From the NCBI RefSeq assembly GCF_006345805.1, contig NW_021836146.1, positions 222,607-286,606 of the forward strand: a stretch of 64,000 nucleotides of DNA, written 5' to 3'. Below, piece by piece: positions 37,745-49,041 of the stretch. The notes beneath the pieces were generated by a model. The model was not told the DNA's origin. It saw only the letters and a list, made by a program, of their open reading frames with translations, and searched no databases. Source of the DNA: Octopus sinensis. Lineage: Eukaryota. A program made the position numbers and the translations under genes. How positions within the stretch are numbered: position 1 is the stretch's first letter; every line of letters starts with the position of its first letter.

Positions 37745-38230
37745 GGAAGAGAAAAGATATGAATAAGAGAATGTGGAGAGAGAGAGAGGAAGAGAGGGAA
37801 GAGAAAGATATGAATAAGAGAAGGTGGAGAGAGAGAGAGGAAGAGAGGGAGAGAGAGATATGAATAAGAGAAGGTGGAAAGAGAGAGGAAGAGAGGGAGA
37901 GAGAGATATGAATAAGAGAAGGTGGAAAGAGAGAGGAAGAGAGGGAGAGAAAGATATGAATAAGAGAATGTGGAGAGAGAGAGAGGAAGAGAGGGAGAGA
38001 AAGATTGAATAAGAGAAGGTGGAGAGAGAGAGAGGAAGAGAAGGATAGAGAGATATGAATAGAGAAGTGGAAAGAGAGAGGAAGAGAGGGAGAGAGAGAT
38101 ATGAATAAGAGAAGGTGAAAGAGAGAGGAAGAGAGGGAGAGAAAGATATGAATAAGAGAATGTGGAGAGAGAGAGAGGAAGAGAGGGAGAGAAAGATATG
38201 AATAAGAGAAGGTAGAAAGAGAGAGAGAGA
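37745..38230. repeat. Purine-rich minisatellite (~40-bp unit) in a GA-rich tract spanning 37040-38400
   Basis: Repeated GATATGAATAAGAGAAGGTGGA(A/G)AGAGAGAGGAAGAGAGGGAGA units; source of the 282- and 283-aa spurious ORFs. Confidence 0.9.
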
Positions 38231-38584
38231 GATTTGATAGAGAGGTGGTTTGCGAGAAATAAAAGATACGGAAAGACAGAAAGAAGAGACGAAAATTGAC
38301 AGAAATCGAAAGCGCATGCGACAAAAAGAAAGAAAGAAAAGGCAAAGAAAACAAAAAAAAAACAAACTGTTATTAATAAAAACTAAAGACAAAGCAAATA
38401 ATATGAATGAATACTAGTTAGAATGGAGACCGTTTTCCTTTGATTGATATCCTATCGCGGATATAGCATGTTATTTGAAGAAGGGGTGCACTTACAAGCT
38501 GAAAGCTTTTAGCACCAAGGTTAAAGTTACCAGTTCGCCAGGTTCGCTATTACCGTCATCTTGAACACACAACAACACACACAC

Positions 38585-38615
<31 letters not shown>

Positions 38616-39041
38616 TAATGAGATATAAACACATACATATATATATATACACACGCGGTTTCCTTTTTTTATGTTATGATTTTAGCTTTATATTTTTCGA
38701 AGCTAAGATTTGAACTACTGAACAAACTAGTGTGTGTGTGTGTGAGATTGTTTGTGCAGTAGTTTGTGTCTGTGTGCTGTGTGTGCAAAGCGACTAGAGA
38801 CAGCGGGAGTGTTTTAAGCAATAACAGTTAGCTAAAGGTTGAGGCGGTTAACCGCAACAATTTGTCTCGCATATTTGTTGTCAAATTTGTTTTTCCGGGC
38901 AAGCAGTAAGTACATGAGTGGGAGGTATTGTGTTGGAGATGCTAACATCAGCAGTCAGCAGAGAATCAGAACTCGGAGGCTTTTCCAAGTCTCATTTATT
39001 GTCAAGTCAAATCTTTCCAGAATCGATCTTGTATTTCTTAC

Positions 39042-39456
39042 CTATTTCTTTATTACCCACAAGGGGCTAAACATAGAGGGGACAAACAAGGACAGACAAA
39101 CGGATTAAGTCGATTACATCGACCCCCAGTGCGTAACTGGTACTTAATTTATCGACCCCGAAAGGATGAAAGGCAAAGTCGACCTCGGCGGAATTTGAAC
39201 TCACAACGTAACGAACGGCAGGCGAAATACCTATTTCTTTACTACCCACAAGGGGCTAAACATAGAGGGGACAAACAAGGACAGACATAGGTATTAAGTC
39301 GATTACATCGACCCCAGTGCGTAAACTGGTACTTAATTTATCGACCCCGAAAGGATGAAAGGCAAAGTCGACCTCGGCGGAATTTGAACTCACAACGTAA
39401 CGCAGACGAAATACGGCTACGCATTTCACCCGGCGCGCTAACGTTTCTGCCAGCTC
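39042..39456 (-). mobile_element. SINE family B, tandem dimer
   Basis: Junction at 39230/39231. Confidence 0.9.
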
Positions 39457-40211
39457 GGAATAAAACTGTTCTTGAACAATACTGGCTATCGCTTTTCTCG
39501 CTTGCCTTGGGCTGTGTCAAAACAATATTTTCTTTTCTAGATATATATATAAGTGAATCAAGATGTAATATTTTATTTATATTAAGTCATTGCGAATATT
39601 TGACTAATTCTATACTATAAACTTGCGAGACGATAAGTTCGATATTATTCATTATAAACGATTGCTTATATGTGTGTGTATGTTCGTGCGAGTGTCAGCG
39701 AGAGATAAAGGGCAAGTGTAAGACATAGAAAGAGACAACATATGGAAGAAGGGAGACCAACGGAGTAAGATTATGCGTGCGAGTAAATGTGCTGAAAACT
39801 GTTTTCTTTTCAACGTTTAAAACGTTAAGTGAGACATTATATGTCTCACCACTTAGAACACATCTGTTTTGTGTTTATATCACTGTTAGCATGGGGTGGG
39901 TACAGTCGAGTTGATTGCCTTTAGTGGTTTTTATTTAATCATCTCTCAATAGAAATACTTTCTCAGAATAATAGTGAAAGTACAAAAAGTTGTCCTGTGA
40001 CATCTCAAAGAACAGAGTGGTGCTGTACACTCAAAAATACACGTTCTTTCTCAATTTACTAACCCAAATTAATAACAAACCACGAAAAGAAAGGGAGAAT
40101 AACGCTTTTGGTTGTCGTTTAGAAATGATTTTTTTTAAACACCATAAAATTATATATATACAACTATATATATATACATCATAAAGTACACACACACACA
40201 CACACATCTAT

Positions 40212-40356
40212 GGAGGTGTGACTCTGTGGTTAGGAGTTTGCTTACCAACCACATGGTTTCAGGTCCCACTGCGTGGCACCTTGGGCTCGTGTCTTCTACT
40301 ATAGTCGCGGGCTGACCAAAGCCTTGAGTTAATTTGGTAAACAGACTGAAAGAAGA

Positions 40357-40414
<58 letters not shown>

Positions 40415-40659
40415 ATATAATATATTATATATATATATTGTATTTGTATGTATGTGTATGTTTGTCCCACCCCCACCCACCGATTGATAACCTAGTGTGT
40501 TTCCTTCTCCATAACGTAATGGTCCGGCAAAATGACCGACAGAATAGGTACCCAGCTTAAACAAGAGGTACTTGTGTTGATTCGTTCGACTAAATTTCTT
40601 AAGGGTGGCGCATCAACATGGCCTCAGTCTAATAACTGAAACAAGTAAAAGATAAAAGA
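40212..40659 (+). mobile_element. SINE family A, diverged
   Basis: Head, (TA)n and tail all recognisable. Confidence 0.8.
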
Positions 40660-40694
<35 letters not shown>

Positions 40695-40714
40695 GTGAAT
40701 GTGTGTGTGTGTGT

Positions 40715-40915
40715 GTGGTGCTGAAATGTTCCTGGCTTTCGGTAAAAGAAACTACAGTTAATTATGATTTTATTCAACATATTCCCTTCTCAGATTTACA
40801 CACTTATTGCAGGGGTCCTTCAGTTTTTCTAAGCCCTGTAAAAGAACTCCGAAGGTTGGGTATCCAGCAAAGCCTTTTGCGATACTCTCAGAGCATGAAC
40901 TTTTCACCACCCACA
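40715..40915. mobile_element. Mariner-type MITE, same family as 4492-4695
   Basis: Shared internal sequence CAGTTAATTATGATTTTATTCAA..CACACTTATTGCA..TCCTTCAGTTTT. Confidence 0.7.
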
Positions 40916-40916
40916 C

Positions 40917-40949
<33 letters not shown>

Positions 40950-40956
<7 letters not shown>

Positions 40957-41165
40957 ATATAGAGGGCATTATATATACATGCCAGAAGGCATTATATATA
41001 CACATGCCAAACGCTAAGAGGGACAATTAGTCATTTCTACCAAAAATATTACTAATCCCACCGAATATTTTTGGTAGAAATGGACTAATTGTCCCTCTTA
41101 GCGTTTGGCATGTGTATATATAATGCCTTCCGGCATGTATATATAATGCCCTCTATATATAAATT
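40950..41165. repeat. Near-perfect palindrome, ~100-bp arms with a 13-nt spacer
   Basis: 40950-41050 is the reverse complement of 41064-41165, apart from about 2 differences. Confidence 0.95.
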
Positions 41166-41281
41166 AATATGTTCAATAAGAAATAATTATTTTCGAAATT
41201 TTTTCTCTTATGAGGTTTTTAACGCTATCTACCTGACAATTTCTTGTTAAGTTTTCCTTATTAAGTAGTTGTCCTTAATTG

Positions 41282-41330
<49 letters not shown>

Positions 41331-41561
41331 GTATGTATGTATGTATGTAAACTCTAATCAAATAATCCATATGCGTATAAAGCAGAAATGAATATTTACG
41401 TATATAAAATTACACACCCTCTAACATTGAAAGCAGTGGAGTAGATGTATAATTAGTGTTAGTGTATATCTATATGGATACTTATTTATATGTTAGACCA
41501 CATTTCACTTTATTACATACATTGGTTTCAAATTTTGGCTGGCCAGCAAATATGACATATA

Positions 41562-42040
41562 CCGTAAATTCTCGAGTATAGTCCACCCTTGAGTATAATA
41601 CGCAGGGGATTTTTAGGGGGCAGTACCTCTGAAAAACAAAACCTTGTGTATAATACGCACCTCTTCTCTAACTTGAGTTAAGGAGGTCCAAATAACGTCC
41701 TTGGTTTGTAAAAATGTATACGGTAACGTACTTTATTATTATTGTATATATAACATAATGCAAACGTGTAGCATTTTTGTGAATTTTATTTGCAGAAAAT
41801 AAAGAAATAACAATAATAACGTTTAAAAAATGTTGCTTACTGCAAGTTATGGATGATTTAAGCTATTTTCGCACCCGACATCACAAAATGCGTCTGAATA
41901 AACATTGCCGGTCAGCAAATAGAAACTTGAACATTGCTTAGAAAATAATTTTCATTTTTAACCTCGTGTATAATACGCACTAGGGATTTTGACCATTAAA
42001 TTTTGGGAAAAAGATGCGGATTATACTCGAGGATTTACTG
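41562..42040. mobile_element. Tc1/mariner-superfamily (Tc2/pogo-like) MITE
   Basis: TA TSDs; 25-bp TIRs CCGTAAATTCTCGAGTATAGTCCAC / CAGTAAATCCTCGAGTATAATCCGC (21/25). Confidence 0.8.
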
Positions 42041-42163
42041 TATTTACGTGTATTGTTTTTTAACATATGGATCTTACGCGATTTCTGAGTATGCATCCAT
42101 TCATACATGCATGAGCGAACACACACACACACACCCACACGCACGCACACGCACACACACAAA

Positions 42164-42484
42164 TGGCACTCCGTCGATTACGACGACGAGGGCCCCAGTT
42201 AATCCGATCAACGAAACAAGCTGTTCATGAAATTAACGAGCAAGTGACTGAGCGCTCAACAGACCCGCGTATCTCCATAACACAGTTCTCAGGGAGATTC
42301 AGTGTGACACAGGATGTGACGTATGGTCCTTTGAAATACAGGAACTAGTCATTTTGGTCAGCTGAGTGTATTGGAGCAACGTGAAATAAAGTGTCTTGCT
42401 CAAGGACGCAACGCATCGCCGGGAATCGAACTCACGACCTCAAGACCGTAGGCCGTATACCGCTAACCACTATGCCATGCGCTT
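42164..42484 (-). mobile_element. SINE family C, tail type 1
   Basis: tRNA-like head and GTGTCCTTGAGCAAGACACTT core start; homologous to 46505-46830. Confidence 0.8.
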
Positions 42485-42551
42485 TCACACACACACACCC
42501 ACACAACCAAAAAAAAGAAAAAAGGATGAAAGGTCTCCAATCGAAGGCCGG

Positions 42552-42928
42552 TTTACTCTTTTACTTTTGCTGGAGCACCGCCTTTAGTCGAGCAAATCGA
42601 CCCCAGGACTTATTCTCTGGATGCCTAGTACTTATTCTATCGGTCTCTTTTGCCGAACCGCTAAGTTACGGAGACGGAAACACACCAGCATCGGTTGTCA
42701 AGTGATGTTGGGGAGACAAACACAGACACATAAACAAACACACACGCACACATATATACATATACATATATACATCGGGCTTCTTTCAGTTTCCTTATAC
42801 CAAATCCACTCACAAGGCTTTGGTCGGCCCGAGGCTCTAATAAAAGACATTTGCCCAAGGTGTCACGCAGTGGGACTGAACTCGGAACCATGTGGTTGGT
42901 AACCAAGCTACTTACAGCCACTCCTATG
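42552..42928 (-). mobile_element. SINE family A
   Basis: Reverse copy with an internal microsatellite. Confidence 0.85.
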
Positions 42929-42964
42929 CTTGTCGGTTTGTAGGATTTTGTGACGTATGTATTT

Positions 42965-43143
42965 CCCTATTTGACTGGACACCTGTCCGTCACAGAATTA
43001 TTTATTTTTGCCGACTGAGTGGACCGAGCAACGTGAAATGAAGTGTTTTCTTCGAGAAAATAACGCATCGCCCAGTCCTGCGATAAAATCTACAATCTTA
43101 CGACCATGAGTTCAACACCCCTAACCACTAAGCCATGCGCCTC
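42965..43143 (-). mobile_element. SINE family C, tail type 2, partial
   Basis: Homologous to 46186-46433. Confidence 0.65.
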
Positions 43144-44074
43144 CACCAAATATTCATATTAATACATATATGTGTGCGTGTGTGTGTGTTGTGTGTGGTG
43201 TGTGTATGTGTACAAATGAATAGAATCAGCGTAACTATGATAAGGACGATGATGTGAATTCCTGGTACAACTTATCAAGCGGGTTTCCGTAAATTCCTTC
43301 AAGAACCTTAGTGGGATCAACCAAAGGTTATGACAAAGACACTTGTCACAGGTACCACAAAGTGAGATCGAACTCGGTACAAAATAGTTGCGAAGCATAT
43401 GCTTGTGCGTGCATATATACACCCAAAACCACACTAATAGCTTAGGAGTGAAATTTAGGATTTCTCGGTTTTCTGTGAATCGATTTTGATAAAACTTTTC
43501 CCAGCTGGTTTGCACACTATGGCAACACCATTGTTTTGCTTTCATCATTCTATGTAACGTCCTTTCTTTTCTATTTGAATTTAGTTTACGGACCCCCAGT
43601 ACTACCTTTGCGGATTATTAGGGGTCCGCGGACCCCAGGTTGGGAACCACTACATTAGACAAATAGGTACATATGCAGAGAAAGAGCAAGATATTACCGC
43701 ACCTGCGTACATGTACATGGATATATATTTTTTTAATGAATTTTTATGAATTTCTTCGTTGACAAAAAAAAAAAAGAAAAAAAATAGCTAAATGCACCGA
43801 TTCGATTTTTCCATCCTAATTGGGGGTCTTTCTCAAGAGACAGTCTAAACCTTATATTCTTCAAATTCGCAACTAATAGCCTCATAAACTCAATAAATAT
43901 GGTAGAACCAGGAATTGGAAATTCCAATTTGCATTATATTAGTATTTTCGCTGGTAGCTAATTCAATTAAATTCTAGACTTTGCACTAGCATATTGAGAT
44001 ATAAAGATAAACAGAAAAAGCAAAAGATTTAACTGAAGTTACATAAAAACATGCTCGCACACACACACACACAC

Positions 44075-44128
<54 letters not shown>

Positions 44129-44190
44129 AATATTCTGTTATACACACACACACACATATATATATTATATGTATATATATATAGCAAAAA

Positions 44191-44228
44191 CTGTCCGACG
44201 AACGGGAACGTGAAACTCAGAGTAACAG
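44191..44228 (+). ncRNA. Minimal type I hammerhead motif, U4C variant
   Basis: Stem I CTGT/ACAG; core CCGACGA; stem II ACG-GGAA-CGT; GAAA; stem III CTC-A-GAG; GUA triplet (cut after 44224). Sits in a ~90-bp unit between (TA)n tracts. Confidence 0.7.
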
Positions 44229-44397
44229 GTTTTATTGAATTTTCTGCTGCTTTAAATAAGTATATATATTGTTATACACACACATACGTGTAATATATAT
44301 ATATATATAGGGAGAATTCACAAAAAAACAAAAGATGAAGACAGGTGGTGTAGACAACAAACAGATGTATTAGTATAACGCTCGGAAGTGAAAAGGT

Positions 44398-44435
44398 CTT
44401 TAACGTTTCGAATCTACGCTCCTTTCCACAGAAAG
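44398..44435 (-). ncRNA. Degenerate hammerhead-like motif, A6U variant
   Basis: Stem I CTTT/AAAG; core CTGTGGA; weak stem II GAGC-GTAG-ATTC; GAAA; ACGT stem III; GUU triplet. Confidence 0.4.
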
Positions 44436-44693
44436 GAACACAGAAAGAAACAAGGAGAGAAAACAAAGAATGTGTAGTCGTTAGCGATAGGTAATGGTGT
44501 CAATAGACCCAAAGGTGTCAGGTAATGCTGAGTAAGTGCTATGGACAGACCGTAGTTAAGCTCCAGGTTCGGTAATAATGGATCAACAAATGCAATATCC
44601 CCTGCATATCTCACATCTACTTTCATTCCTCCACTTCACTCTCTATTTCATATCTTATCTAAAATAACTACTGCTTAACCACCTTCTCACACC

Positions 44694-44745
44694 GTCTCCG
44701 ATGAAGGGATATAATAAATAAATATCCTGGAAACAGCTGTAAGGC
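44694..44745 (+). ncRNA. Minimal type I hammerhead motif, U4C variant
   Basis: Stem I GTCT/AGGC; core CCGATGA; stem II GGGATAT..ATATCCT; GAAA; palindromic CAGCTG; GUA triplet. Confidence 0.7.
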
Positions 44746-45239
44746 CTTATATTTATAAATGTTCTAAAATCTTTCACAGCTTTGGGTTTTTTTTTATCTC
44801 ATTCTGAAAAAATTATATATATATAATTACACTCACACGCACACGCGCGCACACATATACATCGGATGTATGTGTATGTACATACGTATATGTGCATATG
44901 TGGGTGTGTGTCTGTGTTTTCGAGTGAAATCGGGGTTTTATTGCGAAAATCAGGGTAGAATCAGTTAGTATAAGATATTCAAAGTGTTAATGCTAAGTAT
45001 GAACATGTGTTGTTAAAATACTGAGTTCCACAATAAGCGTTTTGTCTCGTATAAACATGTTAGGAGAGTAAAATGTATTTGTACTGATGAGGATTATGAT
45101 AAAGATGAAGAAATAAGGAACAGGCTGGAACTGAAAACAAGACTTAATAGATAAACTGATGGAAAGATGCTGAAGGATGAGTGGATGGGCAGACAGACAG
45201 ATAGCCAGCCACCCAGGCAGGCAGGCAGACAGACAGTTT

Positions 45240-45292
<53 letters not shown>

Positions 45293-45349
45293 GAATAAAG
45301 AATAAACCGCCACTACAATAAAACTGAATTGAAATGGACTGATGGATAA

Positions 45350-45389
<40 letters not shown>

Positions 45390-45391
<2 letters not shown>

Positions 45392-45970
45392 GGCGGCGAG
45401 CTGGCCGAATCATTAGCAGGCCGGGCGAAATGCTTAGCGGTATTTCTGCTGCCGCTATGTTCTGAGTTCAAATTCCGCCGAGGTCGACTTTGCCTTTCAT
45501 CCTTTCAGAGTCAATTAAATAAGTACCAGTTACGCACTGGTGTCGATATAATCGACTTAATTCGTTTGTCTGTCCTTGTTTGTCCTCTCTGTGTTTAGCC
45601 CCGTGTGGATAGTAAAGAAATAGGTATTTCGTCTGCCGTTACGTTGTGAGTTCAAATTCCGCCGAGGTCGACTTGCCTTTCATCCTTTCGGAGTCAATTA
45701 AATAAGTACCAGTTACGCACTGGGGTCGATCTAATCGACTTAATCCGTTTGTCTGTCCTTGTTTGTCCTCTCTGTGTTTAACCCCGTGTGGATAGTAAAG
45801 AAATAGGTATTTCGTCTGTCGTTACGTTGTGAGTTCGAATTCCACCGAGGTCGACTTTGCCATTCATCCTTTCGGGGTCGATAAATTAAGTACTAGTTGC
45901 GTACTGGGGTCGATCTAATCGACTAGTTCCCTCCCCAAAAATGTCGGGCCTTGTGCCTAGAGTAGAAAAG
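45390..45970 (+). mobile_element. SINE family B, tandem trimer; last unit has the alternative tail
   Basis: Junctions at 45623/45624 and 45806/45807. Confidence 0.9.
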
Positions 45971-46151
45971 AATATGTGTGTATGTGTGTGTGCGTGCGCG
46001 CTCGCGCTCATGATGATTATAATGATAATGAAACCGAAATAAGAAAAAGGAAAATAGTAAATGATTCAATATAGAAAATACTTAGTACCCAACGAAACTA
46101 AATGATTTTTGTTGAACTCACTCTTACTGAAACACACACACCCGCATACAC

Positions 46152-46185
<34 letters not shown>

Positions 46186-46189
<4 letters not shown>

Positions 46190-46433
46190 GCGCCCCTTTT
46201 AAAGCTTAGCCAGGTTCATGGGCCCGGTTTCCCGGTTTCAATGGCGTATGTGTTCCCCAGCTGGACGGGACCCCAGTCCATCGCATCGTTACTCATTTTG
46301 CTAGCTGAGTTAACTGGAGCAACGTGAAATGAAGTGTCTTGCTCAAGGACACAACGCGTCGCCCGGTCCAGGAATCGAAACCACAATCTTACGATCATGA
46401 TGCTGACACCCTAACCACTAAGCCACGTACCTC
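46186..46433 (-). mobile_element. SINE family C, tail type 2
   Basis: Same head and core as 46505-46830 but an unrelated tail. Confidence 0.8.
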
Positions 46434-46467
<34 letters not shown>

Positions 46468-46504
46468 CGCACACACATACATACATCTAAGTGTCTTAAA
46501 GACT

Positions 46505-46830
46505 TCTTAAAGACTCCGCCGGTTACGACGACGAGGGTCCCAGCTGATACGATCAACGGAACAGCTTGCTCGTGAAATTAACGTGCAAATGGCTGAGCAT
46601 TCCACAGACACGTGTACCCTTAACGTAGTTCTCGGGGATAATCAGCGTGACACAGAGAGTGACAAGGCTGACCCTTTGAAATACAAGTACAACTCATTTT
46701 TGCCAGCTGAGTGGACTGGAGCAACGTGAAATAAAGTGTCTTGCTCAAGGACACAACGCGTCGCCGGGAATCGAACTCACAACCTTACGATCATGAGCCG
46801 AATGCCCTAACCACTCAGCCACGCGCCCTC
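46505..46830 (-). mobile_element. SINE family C, tail type 1
   Basis: Near-consensus; homologous to 42164-42484. Confidence 0.85.
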
Positions 46831-47487
46831 ACACATCTAAGTGTAGAGAAAATTAAATTACTTTCATACACTCAAGTGCACCGCGTATATACTGTACATA
46901 AAACATTCGTCTACATCATTGACACAATCAAAATGTAACTACTGCCATTCTATAATTTACCCATTTTGTTTTTTGTTAATCTTGTTAGAATATCATATAA
47001 CATATTCTATTAAACATACGAAAATACAAATATGCAACATTTAACACGGTTATACAAACGTACTTGTTGATTCTCCATCGTGTGCATGCATATAATAAAT
47101 ATTAAACCTTTGAAGAAGCCATGACGATCATTTGTATGTTAATGTTATATTCTATTACAAGCGTTCAGAATCGAATTATATTACAAAACTAATCGCATTT
47201 TGTCTCTCGTTTCTTGTAACCCTAATATAATATGTGCTGTTTCATTTAACCCTTTGAAAATCAGAAGTGATTGTTTTTTCTCTAGTAAATACTAGGCAGT
47301 GATTAGATTAGATTAGATTAGATTAGAATAGATTAGATATTAGATTAAATTACATTTTGATTATATGTCGTCTCCTTTACTTTTTTTATTTTACTGTACA
47401 TCTATTCTTCTGTTTATCAGAGTTTCAGTTAGTCCTTTCGTTGAATATCGGCGTTTCGTACCGCTAGTGTTTCGTATTTCTGATATA

Positions 47488-47887
47488 CTGTTTCAGTCAT
47501 TTGACTGCGGCCATTCTGGAGCACCGCCTTTAATCGAGCAACTCGGACCCGGGGACTTATTCTTTTGTAACCCCAGTACTTATTCTATCGGTCTCTTTTT
47601 GCCGAACCGCTAAGTAACGGGGACATAAACACACCAGCATCGGTTGTCAAGCAATGCTAGGGGGACAAACACAGACACACAAACATACACGCACACACAT
47701 ATATATATATATATACATATATATGACGGGCTTCTTTCAGTTTCCGTCTACCAAATCCACTCACAAGGCTTTGGTTGGCCCGAGGCTATAGTAGAAGACA
47801 CTTGCCCATGGTGCCACGCAGTGGGACTGAACCCGGAACCATGTGGCTGGTAAACAAGCTACTTACCACACAGCCACTCCTGCGCCT
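47488..47887 (-). mobile_element. SINE family A, full length
   Basis: Near-consensus. Confidence 0.9.
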
Positions 47888-47918
47888 ATATATATATATA
47901 TTGATTTTTCTTAATTAA

Positions 47919-48130
47919 AAGGCAGCGCGCTGGCAGAATCGTTACCACGCTAGGCAAAATGCTTAGCGGCGTTTCGTCTACCTTTATGCTCTGAGTTCAA
48001 ATTCCGCCGAGGTTGATTTTTGCCTTTCATCCTCTCGGGAGTCGATAAAGTAAGTACCTGTTGATCACCGGGGTCGATGTAATCGACTCCCCCACCCCGA
48101 AATTGCTGGCCTTGTGTCAAAATTTGAAAC
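47919..48130 (+). mobile_element. SINE family B with the alternative tail, diverged
   Basis: Head, B-box and core recognisable. Confidence 0.8.
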
Positions 48131-48772
48131 AAATATATCATGCGTTTAACTGTCGGAAGAAAAAAAAATAAAATAAAGCGTCCTCTCCTTGCACAAAACG
48201 CTAGTTCATTATGATTTAACTCTCCAAGCAAGTGAAGCTTATGTCTATATTGCTTACTAATGGTCCCATAACGAAAACAAAAAAAAGTATATTGTTGACA
48301 ACTTTCGACTGTAGACAGCACAAAATTTCCTTGTAAAATTGTATACCTCAGGTCCATTCATCTTTGAGTTAGAAGTTTCCCCCCAAGCTTCTCCATTATA
48401 GTATTCGTCAAGAGTGTCTCTCTGAGCCACAGACTATTTTATTGTAGTATCGCTCGGGGTTTGGCTATGTCTTTACAACCGTTTTTCATTTAGTGCCGAT
48501 GACACTACTTTCACTTTCTGTTTGCCTTTCGAGTCATCTACACAAAACGAAACTGTCAACACCAGATGACATTCATCAATTCCATGACCGTTTTCCTCAA
48601 GAAGTACTCAAATTTTTAAATCCCGTCATAAACTATTCAAAAATTAAACGTTCATAATCCACTGAAGATCGTATATTCTGTTTTCTTCTTTAGTTTTTCT
48701 GTAACCATCATGGCTAAGGCCATACTGAAGTAACGCTTTGAAAAGTCTCATGGTGAGTAGATGGTTATCTAT

Positions 48773-49041
48773 CTAGATGCCTCTATTTGTCAGAGTTGGC
48801 CATATACGTGGATTTATATGCTCAGTTTGCTTGTCTGTGTAAGACCAGCAGTTGACCATGCACGTAAGTCTCTCCTTTCTACTTAAAGGAAACGCCGCTG
48901 CTCTAAGGCTAATACAGCTTGACATCAGCATCGTCGCAAGCGTTGCGATCAGAACGCAAGAAGCCAGAGCAGCTACTGTAAAGAATCTTGTTCGGTGTTC
49001 TAACAGTTCCTCCAATCCATCGGCATGAACAGGAATTTGTA
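48773..49041 (-). CDS. Candidate exon/ORF of about 88 codons with one hydrophobic helix, product unknown
   Basis: ctctatgctctaAG acceptor; QIPVHADGLEELLEHRTRFFTVAALASCVLIATLATMLMSSCISLR...RGI*; unique sequence, GC above background. Strand is ambiguous. Confidence 0.25.

Noticed and set aside
37506-38392. Longest ORFs (282 and 283 aa) and the 182/192-aa ORFs at 15424-16043
   Set aside because: Translations of GA-rich minisatellite and (ATGT/ATGA)n arrays; low-complexity S/L/F or H/I/T/Y runs with no domain.
44560-44630. RYAGDIAF resembling the RT YADD motif
   Set aside because: A single degenerate motif with no supporting neighbouring RT motifs.
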